Shown here: piece by piece, positions 35,901 through 47,215 of the stretch
Layout: the number at the start of each line of letters is the position of its first letter
Numbering within the stretch: the stretch's first letter is position 1
The notes under the pieces: generated by a model
Seen by the model: the letters and a program-made list of their open reading frames with translations, nothing else
What the model was told of the DNA's origin: nothing
Database searches by the model: none
Source of the DNA: Botryllus schlosseri
Taxonomy: Eukaryota
Direction: 5' to 3'
Assembly (NCBI GenBank): GCA_051294905.1
Contig: CM119375.1
Span: 9,238,001 to 9,302,000, forward strand
DNA length: 64,000 nucleotides
Made by a program: the position numbers and the translations under genes

Positions 35901-38900
35901 GGTCGTAGTTTTAATGAGCTGTGCAGTTCAAGAACACGACATCCAAAGTCCAGTGCGGTCGCAAGGAGGTCAAATGATTATTATTACAATTCTCACGCGC
36001 CTAGCACTCAGTGGTGCAAACGATAAAGACCAAAACTTCAAGCAACGCTGATATATCGCGTTGATAATATCTCTCGTGATCAACTTCTGCGGAGAATTAA
36101 TGTTGAACCGGCCTAGCAGCCGTTTGAGTATTTGCGGGTGTATATGTGTCACTGAATTAATGTGGGTCGAGCTATGACGTGTCGATGAGATCGTAGATGC
36201 GATACGAGATGGCTATCTATTGACAGTTTCCGCATATGACGCTAAACGACTGCACGCGCGGTATACGGCTGTGCGCTATTCGAATCCAATTACCTCGATT
36301 TCTTGCGTCTCTGCATGTGCGTTGACCGGTGTGACACAGTGTCGTCAAATTCTTTGCCGACGTACCGCTGGAAAACCTTGTCTTCCATGTTGTTGTTTTG
36401 GAAGCTGCTCGTGCTCATGTTGGTACCTTTCGTGGAATTACTGCGCAAAAATACAGACGCATTATTAAATCCGGAAAATACATCCGAGTGTGCTTTTTAG
36501 TAGGAATAAGTGCCCCGAAAGATATATCGACTCTTGCCGGCTTAACTCTAAAAGCTAATGACGCCGATTTGTCAAGGTCATGATGTTGCGAACCCGGAAA
36601 ATATTAGAGGAAGTAATTCCACTGACGCACTTACCTAATGTATCATTCTAACGCAGGGGTTCTCAGCCCTTTCTTGGCCGTGGCCCATTTTCCGGTTCGA
36701 AAATGTGCTGTGGCCCACCTCTAATCTTAAAGTCATATTTTCTCCTTATTTACTAATAAAATTAAAGTATAAACACGCCGGGGCATGAAGTCGCGTGAAC
36801 GAAATAATCTTCTAGCTCCCCCAATTGGGGGTTTGGGTGCGGCAGTTACGACTCTGGTAGATCATATGCTAAAACTTCTGAGTATTTTATGATCGTCCGC
36901 TTCGCAAAACACAATGATCGAATTCCCGCATACACTGTGTGATTGGGATTTTAGTTCCACTATTGAGGGGAATAGTATAATCATTCTGGGCCAGCTTCAA
37001 ACAATTCATTGGTGAATGGGGTACTACAGAGGAGTGGAGGATTGTCTTATTATGCATGCTGTACAATGTACTACATTGTATGTCACGTACTGAACCAACT
37101 GAAGTTGCGATGTCGGAATATTCAATCCAGTAATACTATCAATTCATGTGACTCTTACATTATGTAGGCTACATTGATTTACAGGCATGGCATTTTAAAC
37201 AGGCTCCAAATATTAATTCTCTTCGCTGAATCCTCAATCCACTACTATTCTTGTGGTGGTGCAGTATACCTCCTCCAGAAGTTGCTAATACTTTGTAATT
37301 ATGGCCATTTTTAACTTACAATAATACGACCTGCCGAAGTACAGTAAATCTATACATCAATTACACTTCATTCCGAGTTTATTGCACACCCCTTTCAACG
37401 ACATACGACATTATGACCCTGCCGGAATACTTGGTTACTTCAGCATTACCTTCCAGCAGGTATTATATAGGCGAAATTATTTTAATTCCTGTTAGCCATA
37501 GGCAGTCATAGCCAGTGGAAAAAGTCGCCATTTCTGCCTCCCATTTTCGACTTGAAATGCTGGCTCCATACGTACCACTACGTCTCAACAGAGTCGGATG
37601 AAAAGCTTAATGTAGCCTATGTATAATCAACTAATTTGAATTTATTTTTTAGCGATTAACACAACAAATATTACTAAACTTAGATTATTTCTAAAATTTT
37701 TCAAATAGCTCCGTGGCCCACCTCAAATGCTCTTGTGGCCCACCAGTGGGCCATGGCCCACACTTTGAGAACCCCTGTTCTAACGCATCATCACATATAT
37801 TTTAAATTGAGAATGAGGGGCCAGTGAGTGATAAAGGAGTTTTTTGTGCAAACTCCACAGCTTCAGGTAATAAAAAGTTATATAACTATAAAGTATCCGG
37901 ATATAAGTCCAGCTTTGTCCAGTACCAAAACACTTTTATCTCATACTCGCGATAATCCTTGCGTAATCCCCGTGACACAGTTCCGTAACACTGCGATTGC
38001 CTTGTTTTTTGTTTCAGTTCATCATGACCTCATTTGTAGGATAGAAATTGGCTTCACGCCGATTTACAATTATAGGTTGTCCTATTGAGAAAAGCCTATT
38101 TAATATCGGTGCCGCGATTACGCCGCACTATTGCACCACGATCGTGATAAGTTCCCGATGGTCTTGTGCAATGGTCTTGTGCGATGGTCTTTATTGTTGA
38201 ATATTGTTGTCCGCGTTAGCATTCATATGTATTGCCACAATGACTTTATTTATAATCGGATAGCGACTTGACACTGAAATAGACAACGCAAGTCAACTGG
38301 TGAATGCTCGCATCAAGTGAATAAGAGATAAGGTTTGAACTTGGAAATTAATTACTCGGGATATAAATGGTGTTATAATTACTGTACCAATTCGATAATG
38401 TCGTCTAATAATAACTGTCGGTCATTTGCAGGATGGCGAATGACAGGATGAGTCACAGCTCGTACTGTATATGTACCGTGCCGTGCGCGGATGCACGCGC
38501 GTAGCAACACATAACCAGAGGGAGAGTCAATACTAATCGGAAATATTAGGAATTGTTTGCAAATACTCCGATACGTGACCGATAAAACCTTAAACCTGCG
38601 CCACGTAGACACGTGACAATAAAAGGTCATCGATGACTCGAAATGGGTATTACCTGCGCCAAAAGGTGTGTAACGTGAGATATTACGTAAACAACACAGC
38701 TTGCTACACCTAATATACGGATAATGGAAATTATAGCGGATCGTCAGTTTATTTATTATCGCAGGCCGCATTAGGTATTCTTGGTTTGTTTAATCATAAT
38801 ATTTTCGCCGGAATCGTATTTAGTGTTCGAGTCAGAGATCTGATGCGCTCTCACGAACAATCGGCATTAAATGCTTGTCAGAAATAAATCGCACGAACTG

Positions 38901-41900
38901 CCATTTTCTTAACCGACACATTTCAAAGTGTAAGGATTAGTGAAGGGCATTTGAAGGGCACGGCGTTAAGCGTCCCGGGGAAAGAATACGTACAAGGCGA
39001 ATTCATCATTAGCATTAAATTTACAGACGCCGGTATATTTGTATTGATATTTTTCTTAAAACACGCAGGGGTTTATTTTCGCCGGTGCGAATACTCCGGT
39101 AATCACACGCAGCTGGTGCTGGCAGCCTTACCTTCCAGAACTTTCTAAGTGCTGCCGTTCTTTGCTGCAATTCATATCGTTCTCCGCCTCTAGCTCAGGA
39201 GTGATGCTAATACAACAGTCGCTTGAAGCGCCAGAGTCTCCCGATATCCTGCAAAACAAGATAACCATCTCAAGACCAGCCGAATAACCACTGATAACGA
39301 TCTCTTCGTCACGTGGTTAGAGTGTAAAACGCCACCTGATGGCGTCCGAAGACATGTCGACAATATTTTCGTAAAGATATGCAGCCGATTTCCGCAACGT
39401 GATATTTTGTATACCGCCTAGTGGCACGTCTCAGCCACGAAGTTTGTAGCCCATACACGTTTAAATATCTTTAAGCACGGGATTATTGATACCTTTCCGG
39501 GAAAGCGGGCTTGTTTGCACGGCGGGTCGTCAGACATTTAACTTGGCCTTATCGGAGAATCAATAAACACAATAGTAAATTGCAGCGACAAGTACTCTTC
39601 TCATTACCACGAGTGAATGTTGAGAAACTAACACTGTCCCGTTCTGTCACGGATTCGAGGTGCCAGCATCGAACTGACAGCACGCATCGGCAAAAATCAT
39701 TACGACGACGAGGTGTAATCTCCACGTAATCAAAGCACGGCGCTATTGACAATGTTTTCTAGCTAAGATAACGGATGCATTGCTTCCGACCCGGTAAATT
39801 ACTGAAGAAGTCGTGGGGACAAAAATATCGAACAAGATATCTAGACGGACATCATCCGAAAATGTACAATGAATAAGAAAACCGGTCGCTATATTGTAAG
39901 ATTTTCAAGGCAATTAACATCGTTGATTTATGAAAGCAGCCAATAATACGCGACCCGTGTCTGAGAACGCCTGACCATTTCTTCAAATGATTCTGCGGAG
40001 AATAGCATGGCCGAATCTTTTTTTAGGAGACTCGGCCTGGTTTAAACCGATTAGTATCGAGCTATCAACATGCGCAGGGGAATTACTCACTCGTATCGCG
40101 CACGCATCGGCGATTATTTACAACGCTACTAGCGTGGAAAGCGATGATTTCGCCTGCCTGCTTTTTGAGAAAGCAAGGTCTAGACTCTAGATGTTTGACC
40201 ATGTTAACCCTGCAAATAGATTTTTTAAGCCCGACGCGCGTGAGGATAGATTTGGTATAAGTTTTGCCGGGTTCATCCAGAATACTCAAAGCTGCCAATG
40301 AAATCACGGCATCAGAACGATGGGAGAGCAACGCTATCAAATGGAACGGAAAAATTAGATGGTCGCGCTTCGCAGAACATACACGCGTGTAGTTTTCCGA
40401 TGCATGCAATACAGACAGCCTGGCAAATATATTTGTATACAACTTGCTCCCTTCCCGGTAATAGAACGGCGTTGTAAGTTATGGAAATACCGTGTGTTTT
40501 ACAACGCAGCAAACGTCAACGCTTTACGCCCGGTTGAGATTGATCGGTTGGGCGCGAATAGTCACGTGACGACCTATTACAAAGCTCTCTGACTCATTTG
40601 TACGTTGACAGTTTTTCGATGACGTACCGCGATGACCTCGCTTTTTCGATGTTCTAAAATTCTACACAGCATACAATAGTAATGGCGATACCAGCGGTGA
40701 AAAAGTAAAAGATTTCAACGAACGAATTCACCAATTTCAATACAAAATCTTAACAAATTACGCGTCGCATATCGTCCTGTGGGAGCGGCTAAATGAAGCG
40801 TAGTCGCTATATGTACGAGCGGTTAAAAGATTTCTCAAGGGACATTTCCAACGCAATGTGCGGAGGCTCTGGTCAGTCATTTTAGATTAGAAATTGAGAA
40901 CTGAAGACGCACGGCGTCAACACGTCGACCGACGTATACTCTAATTCTTGTGCGTGAACCTTTCAATACCACCCCTCTGGGGCGTTCAATGGCCACTTTT
41001 AGAATACTCCATCGGCGCTCTCCTATCAAAGAGTCACGGAGTCGGTATAGGATAACAAGCGCCATCACTGAGACTGTATATACTGAAACTTGCCTGGGGG
41101 AACCATACGTGAACATCTCGCGTTACCCAGCTTTGCCAACAACTTTTTATGTACGGTAATCTTCTGATGCTTTCATTTAGTGTGCAATAGTGCATACCTC
41201 CTATTTACATGTTCCAGGCCAAAGTGTGTGTCAGGTTGTAAGGACACTCCAAGTCGTTTCGACACCCTTCAATCATGTCATTTTATCGCAATGGCGTGGT
41301 GTTTTGAAGGACGAAAATATTAATACAACGAATCAGAACCAGCAAGCATGCAATGCTGACTTGTCAGTGGTCATTTACGGTAATGACGTACAGAAGCATT
41401 TGTAGTGCTTGAAACGTCACCTCATTACGAAGCTGCTTATGTTCAGTAACACGATACAAAGTACACGACCATGGGTAGTAACTGATTTTACTTCTGAAAA
41501 AGAGTGGGTTGTTCCTACGCAGCAATTTGTCCAGTTTCGTGCCAGTGTATATCACGCCAATGGTAGTGTACTGTTGCGTTGAATTCTATCCTTGCTCGCC
41601 ATTAGCAGTTTATTGTTTCGACATAAATCGCAATGTATCAATTCATGATCGGATTGCCTTGTAAATAGCAGCGTCTTTGTTACGATCTATATGCGGTCGT
41701 GTAATTTAATTGCCTCATTGACATCGCCTCATTGTTACGATCCGTGTCGTTTCTGGGATAGGGACTGACTTCTATGTACACTTGTACGCATGCTCCCATG
41801 CGCACGATATGTATTTAAGCTAATGAACCAACGAAAATACGTCACCGGACGACAGGGGCCGCCGTATTTGTCTTTTACATTCCGTTCGATATTAAATTTT

Positions 41901-44413
41901 CGGGGAACGAAGTCCATACTTCGATATCAACAACCTGTTGTTCAAGGCCACGTAAGGATAATTACATGGATTGGGTTATCGTAACGTCACGCCGAAAACC
42001 CCTAACGTGAGTCACTACGAGTTATTTGCTAGAAATGACTGTTAATTGATAAAACGGATAGTCGTTAAATGACTGCACGAACAACAAAAATATTTCCAGG
42101 GCGCTCGCAGACAGACACAAATCATCTTTCTCTGATATTGCATAAATCCCCATACAAAGCGTAACACCACACAAAACTACGCTTCCTTACATTGTTCGAA
42201 CACAAAAGCAAGGGCTCTACACGCTGCTTCATTCTCAAAGAAGATAATATATTATCTTCATATTTGGCATAATATATCGAGACTGCTACGTCCCGTATAA
42301 GCCCCGATACACGGCGTGAAAGACAACGCTAGTCAAAGTTTCACACCGGATATAACACTCTATATTAGCACCTCGGCTAAACAGTCGCCACCAAGCAAGC
42401 GCACGATCTACGTATCGTAAAGTTCAACTTCTACATCTGATCTACATCACCCTGTAAGACATAAATACCTTGAATATCGACGATTCCTGCTTTGTGCATC
42501 CATAATCAGAATTTGCAAAATAGAGAGCCGATGTGTTACTAGTGCTGATATATCCAATGGACAGAAGTGCTATTTAGGAGTAAAGTTATGCCTAGGATAT
42601 GCTGCTGACCAATGATATATTATTGCGCAGTCCGAGGGATTTAAGCTCATACCATTTACCAATCACCTTTTTCTTCTTAACCGCTTTTTTTCCAAACGAT
42701 CGTGCGGAAAACAAGCTAAGTGAAGTTCATTGTGTGTTTCTAGATTCTAGATCTAGCTACCTCTCGCTCGTTTTGACCAGTGACGACTCTCGGTTAGCCG
42801 GCAGTATTGAGAAAAAGTAAGATTAGCATCGCCGAACTGGAAAATAAACTTGGTGGCTGCTGAAGCTGCTGCTACAGCAGCTGATCTCAAAATACGCCAA
42901 ACCACCAAACATGACGAGGACATTCTTCCTAGCCTGAAAATAACTAATAAACTCGACGACCTATATGTACCTTTATTACATCTATGACATTGCAGTAAAA
43001 AGAAGAAAATAATAGAGATGATTTTGACGTGGTTTTTCCCTGAATGTCGACAACATTACTTCTATAGCATTCACGAATTGCTGGTTCTATTAGCTGATAC
43101 AGTGCCTGGGATCTGCATTTCTGTGCTGAAGTCATTCACCGTGTGAAATGTCGCAAGTTTCCACGTATATATTTAACACAGTAGCATTTGTACTGAGAAA
43201 ACGTTTCCCTAAGTATGACTTAGGCGAATTGTAGTTGTACGTAGGGTCTGCATGAAAGTAAAGGCTACACAACTCTATTGAATTCCACCGCTACAAAATC
43301 TTTGCGAACACATTACTTGGGTACTCATAAATAGCGACTCCGTAATTTATCTTCGGTGGACAAGACATGCCTCTTCTGCATTAAGCTATAAATATTTATC
43401 ACGGTATTGCATAAGGTCTGTGCTGTCTACACTCAACAGTATGGTTGCCAGATACCAAATGGCTCATCATGATGCAACGCGTACGTCGAGTGTGAGTAAA
43501 TTTCCGGAGTCTCATTCAGCGAGATTTGTCGTTACGCCTGATTGCGTCCGGCATGTGGCTAGCGATTGTGTGTCTCTACGTTGCTGTCGGGCATTGCTCA
43601 TCTCCTTCCTACCCCTACACTCTTACACCCACAGCCGTCATCTAATCTAGTGGTTTCATAGTGCGCCCCGAAGAAATTATATTATTACATTTTCACCGAC
43701 TGCAACTTATTGCAACACTCTGGTTACGAAGCGGTAAATATAAAATTATTTTAGGGACCTTTTCCTATTGAAAGTTTAATATATTATGCTATGCTATCTC
43801 AGGGATATATATATATCCCTGTGCTATCTATGCAAGAAATAGATACACATAGATGCACCGTAACAATACCACCGCCCCGTTCATCCATAAAATGACACTA
43901 TGCTATCCACACAAGTATGTATGCGTACAGAGACTTTCAAGATGGAGCACAGCTGACCGAAAACGGATAGAAATTATTCTTTGGGTTTTTAAGTGATAAC
44001 AATACAATTTGCTCCTGTTATTCTTTTAGAGGTTGAGTGACATGCCTCTGAAAATCATGTACGAGCATGTCAAGAATATAATTAGACGAAAAAGCGGATA
44101 CTGACACACTGGGTACTATTTGCTGAATGTGTCGTCTCTTTGCCAGTATAAGTGAGAGCGTGATTATAGTCAAATTACGTACAAGCCTGAACGTATAACC
44201 GATATTGAAATCTATAATGCAGTCGATTCTGCAAACATATTTCGTAAAGATGTGGCCTGACAGATCTCTGATGATCACTCGTGCGTCACCACCTGCATCC
44301 AGCATGGTTTTCCAAGCGAAATACATCATAAAAACGATATTGACTCACCTGCCGCTCACGGTATCCAATACTCCTTTGGTTTTAGAGTTGCGTTGCCTAG
44401 CCGTAGAACCCAT
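29674..44413 (-). CDS. KCNJ2-like (Kir2): Inward-rectifier K+ channel, Kir2-type. Preferred model complement(join(29674..29937,30309..30432,31951..32072,32818..32979,33463..33658,33724..33852,33915..34038,34492..34655,35741..35887,36294..36440,39132..39248,44349..44413)) = 586 aa; 518 aa if translation starts at ATG 36418
   Basis: Motifs seen: [43 protein letters not shown] (selectivity filter), [10 protein letters not shown] (D172-equivalent), [57 protein letters not shown]. All junctions are GT-AG and in phase. The two 5'-most exons are less certain. Confidence 0.9.
30309..30432 (-). CDS. Kir exon ([24 protein letters not shown]...TVAD)
   Basis: Acceptor GTTTTCAG|, donor |GTAAGC; phase 2/0. 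Confidence 0.85.
30531..30944. mobile_element. MITE of the 22392-22893 family, opposite orientation, in a Kir intron
   Basis: Ends CAGGGCTTGGCA / TGCCCAGCTCTA; internal similarity to 22540-22640. No clean TSD. Confidence 0.7.
31332..31457. mobile_element. Short (126 bp) internally deleted member of the 4760-6042 family
   Basis: TAGAGGTGTTCAGTAA ... TTACCACCTCTG with CTACT repeats; TSD degenerate. Confidence 0.55.
31755..31779. repeat. (CT)n microsatellite
   Basis: About 12 uninterrupted CT units. Confidence 0.95.
31951..32072 (-). CDS. Kir exon ([16 protein letters not shown]...AVDV)
   Basis: Aligns to the TYEVPxTPxCSAxDL region of Kir2; acceptor TTTCAG|, donor CAG|GTGAGC; needed to keep the frame. 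Confidence 0.88.
32818..32979 (-). CDS. Kir exon ([17 protein letters not shown]...FKKFNK)
   Basis: G-loop and E299-equivalent; 54 codons; donor AAG|GTAAGC. Confidence 0.97.
33085..33455 (-). mobile_element. Third copy of the L2/Crack-like LINE 3' end, in a Kir intron, same strand as Kir
   Basis: Block-by-block similarity to 7640-7830 joined to 6278-6397 (AGACTACTC, TTCCTAT, TATCGCA, TGTTTTGAA, AATAAACTGA on the minus strand). Confidence 0.72.
33463..33658 (-). CDS. Kir exon ([21 protein letters not shown]...SKFE)
   Basis: Conserved cytoplasmic domain; 65-nt upstream intron. Confidence 0.97.
33724..33852 (-). CDS. Kir exon ([16 protein letters not shown]...HLVEATIR)
   Basis: PIP2-binding basic cluster and E224-equivalent; GT-AG boundaries. 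Confidence 0.97.
33915..34038 (-). CDS. Kir exon (GYGFR, M2 with D172-equivalent)
   Basis: [41 protein letters not shown]. Confidence 0.97.
34492..34655 (-). CDS. Kir exon (M1 end, turret, pore helix ETQTTI)
   Basis: [17 protein letters not shown]...CVNNV...[16 protein letters not shown]; donor G|GTAAGT. Confidence 0.97.
35741..35887 (-). CDS. Kir exon ([10 protein letters not shown]...[21 protein letters not shown])
   Basis: Slide helix and start of M1; GT-AG boundaries; phase 2/2. Confidence 0.96.
36294..36440 (-). CDS. Kir exon ([14 protein letters not shown]...MQRRKKSR)
   Basis: Acceptor TTTTTGCGCAG|, donor GAG|GTAATT; ends in the basic stretch that precedes RFxKK in Kir channels. Confidence 0.8.
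36654..37777. mobile_element. Non-autonomous hAT-type element with GTGGCCCA repeats (TIR CAGGGGTTCTCA)
   Basis: TIRs and perfect TSD TTCTAACG. Confidence 0.93.
38158..38191. repeat. 13-bp tandem repeat (ATGGTCTTGTGC(A/G)) x2.6
   Basis: Directly visible. Confidence 0.85.
39132..39248 (-). CDS. Candidate Kir N-terminal exon ([38 protein letters not shown])
   Basis: Acceptor CTTGTTTTGCAG|, donor AAG|GTAAGG, 117 nt, open in the phase 2/2 frame. An internal ATG at 39175 is an alternative start. Confidence 0.6.
43800..43821. mobile_element. 22-bp palindromic micro-element CAGGGATATATATATATCCCTG with 8-bp TSD
   Basis: Perfect palindrome flanked by TGCTATCT at 43792-43799 and 43822-43829. Confidence 0.8.
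44349..44413 (-). CDS. Candidate first coding exon of Kir ([21 protein letters not shown])
   Basis: GCCATGG start context, in-frame TAA just upstream (9 nt before the ATG), strong donor CAG|GTGAGT in phase 2 compatible with downstream exons. The MGS start resembles the vertebrate Kir2.1 N-terminus. Confidence 0.5.
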
Positions 44414-45402
44414 GGCAACTTTTTATCAGCTTTTATTTCAATGAAAAGCTCCAAATCGTATACGATAAGTCGATCGCGTCTGAGCAGTGTTCAGTGCAGA
44501 AGAGTGATAGCTTGTCAATATTTGGTATATCTGCTACTCGACATTAACTACTTTATCGTTTTTACCGGCTATATTGTCTGAAAAAGGAATTTCCAATTAT
44601 ACCGAGGACATGGCCTGTTGATTATCAGAGGAACAATTGAATATATGCAACATCTGATGCAACAAGTCATCGCTTTTCGTGCTTTGAAATGCACTAAAAC
44701 GTTCCGATTGTATCACAGTTGCGTGGTATATCATATTAAATCTTATGATTTTGTAACGCAAACCTCTGTGGTGGTGGGCTTACCATTCAGCTAATATTGC
44801 ATAACAAGATAGCACGGAATTAAAGCGATAAAACTCCCGTTAACGATAAAACACGGGGTCCATGAACCAGCATCAGATATATTCTATATATATCGAGATT
44901 AGCATCAACATCATACCGCTGGTCTCGAATGAGGTGTGCGAATTATCACGTTTTAGCGAGCGTTAGGTATCGCATAAAAGATTTCAATGCTACACTGGAT
45001 GCCAGATTATTTTACTTCCAACCGGTGAAATCCTAAACGACATTACCCAAACAGTATATGCCAATGCCTAAATTATGGAGGGTATGAATGTCTTATTGTC
45101 AAACACGTAATGACCAAACTACGTCCACAGCGTTTTAACGTGATCTGTTCAATATGACAATAATTCAGGATGAAATTGTTCTTCCTGCGACCAGAAGTTA
45201 GCGATTTCTAAGACATATCAAAACTATGTCGCGTGGAAGAAGAAAATGAAAGGTCTCAAAGATACTCAAGAAAGTATAATTGCAAAAAGTATATTCGGTC
45301 GAGGTTTCGGATACTTTTAAAAGTTAAACTGAGGTGGATACTTTAGAATTTGCAAGATGTATCATCGCCACCAACGCAAAGTATAACGTAATGACACTAC
45401 AC

Positions 45403-46581
45403 CAGTGGTTCTCAACCTTTTTGCCTTCGCGGACCCCTTTTAGACCATCACGGACCGCCGCGGACCCCCTCAAAGTTCAGTTGAAATTTAGATCGATTAT
45501 CACGTAACCGCCATCTGTCTTGTGGAAATATTATCCATAGGCGAGTGATAAACAGCAACAAGATTATTTTTTCGTGGAAATAACATCATAATGTGTAAAA
45601 AATCGGTATCAGTTGGCAGTCGTGTCTTGGAAATCCGCGCCTTCAATTTGATACAAACGATTGCCAGAATCTATTTCCATAAAAATAGGTGGTGGGCTGA
45701 TGGCGAATGTAATATTAACGCGTAATGCTTTCGACGACACCTTTGGGTATGATTGCAACATATATAGCACCAAAATTAAGAAACAGATTTTGAATGAACG
45801 GTAAGCCCAGAGATTTCAATGTTTGTTTGTTTGTGGTATTCATGGTGTTTGTCAACTACAATGGTCATTTACACCAGACCCATATTTTTCAATTTTGTTA
45901 CGTATCTGCCGACTTGCAGCACGACCCACTCACTTCTAGGCTTATGACCCCGCTTATGCGGATCGCACGGCGAGGATGAGCCTAGATTCCGGAGTCGATC
46001 TCGGTCGGACTCCAACCCGCAACCCATCGGTGTTGCAGCCTTGGATTTTACGACTACGCTATCTCGCCACGTCCTTTCCGCGTAGCAGCTCAGAGATCAC
46101 CTTGATTTTATTTTGTATATTAGCCTACACATGAAATTGGATCCGGTGGCGAGGTTTCAGTCCCGTAACTGGGCCAGATTAGGAAAATTAACTTCAGGAA
46201 TTTCTTTTTCAAACGACTGTTCACTAATTTGCTGACACTGGCGATTTCAAATCCAAGATGACAACCTTTCGAAGTCCCCATGTTTGACCTTAATACTGAA
46301 ACTTGCTATTTTTCCACAAACTCCATCAAAACATCCATCAACAACAATATGTTAATATCAGTAGGCTGTTGAGACTTTGACAATTAATATGTCTCTGCAA
46401 TGGATGTTTCATCTCAGACGGCCATGCTGTTAATGTGAATCCTGAAGTTTTAGCGGGTATGAAACGAAACTGCATCGTGACTTCCCTATCAATAAAATCA
46501 GGTTATAAACCTTTTTTTTAAATTCAGAGGCTTCGCGGACCCCCTGAAAATGCTTCGCGGACCCCCGGTTGAGAACCACTG
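45403..46581. mobile_element. Non-autonomous hAT-type element with CGCGGACCCC repeats (TIR CAGTGGTTCTCAACC)
   Basis: TIRs and perfect TSD CACTACAC. Confidence 0.93.
45895..46075 (-). mobile_element. Degenerate tRNA-derived SINE-like segment inside the 45403-46581 element
   Basis: Minus strand has an A-box-like TAGCGTAGTCG and a B-box-like GGTTGGAGTCC at tRNA-like spacing; both are degenerate. Confidence 0.35.
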
Positions 46582-46837
46582 CACTACACACTACGAAGGT
46601 GGAATTTTCGAAAATATATCTAGTTGCGGTGATACAGGGGCCATTTCACGCTGTTCTTATAACAATTTCACTCATAAAGGCTACGCAAAGCTATTTCAAG
46701 ATTACTTTCTAGTTTTCAAAATCCAAGTTATGAGTCGGTAGATTTGCCTAAAAACTGATACAGACGTGTAAGTAGACAAAACCTACTTAAGCACTCCGAA
46801 GAAGTAGAAGTAGTTGGACCACCTATCGATCATATGG

Positions 46838-47215
46838 GTTGGTTTGGTTTATTTAACACATACAACAGTGGTGTTTATCGCCTATTAAGGTCATGGACAC
46901 CACGACAATGATATTAGTAATGTTCAGGATCTTTGCTTTCGTATTCTTTTCGGACGACTTCCACACTCGCGCGCTCCCAACTTCAGTCTCTATCTCTCTT
47001 TCATGCATCCGGACTTATGCTTTACTGCTGACTTCTTACTGGCGCGGCTCACCATCATACTGGGCTTTTTGAGACACTGCTATTGCAGTGAGGTTAGCGA
47101 TGAGGAGCCCAGATAAACCTCCGACACATAGAAGTTGTTCCGAACCGGGATTCGAACCACTGCCATTGGTGTCGTGATCATATGGGTATATGGACGCAGC
47201 AGAAAATATATTTGC
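46838..47215 (-). mobile_element. tRNA-derived SINE-like element
   Basis: Perfect B box GGTTCGAATCCC (minus strand, 47147-47158), weak A box near 47213, and a 3' tail AAATAAACCAAACCAACC near 46840. Confidence 0.55.

Noticed and set aside
47120-47215. Functional tRNA gene at the perfect B box
   Set aside because: No cloverleaf can be folded and the A box is degenerate; it fits a SINE head better.
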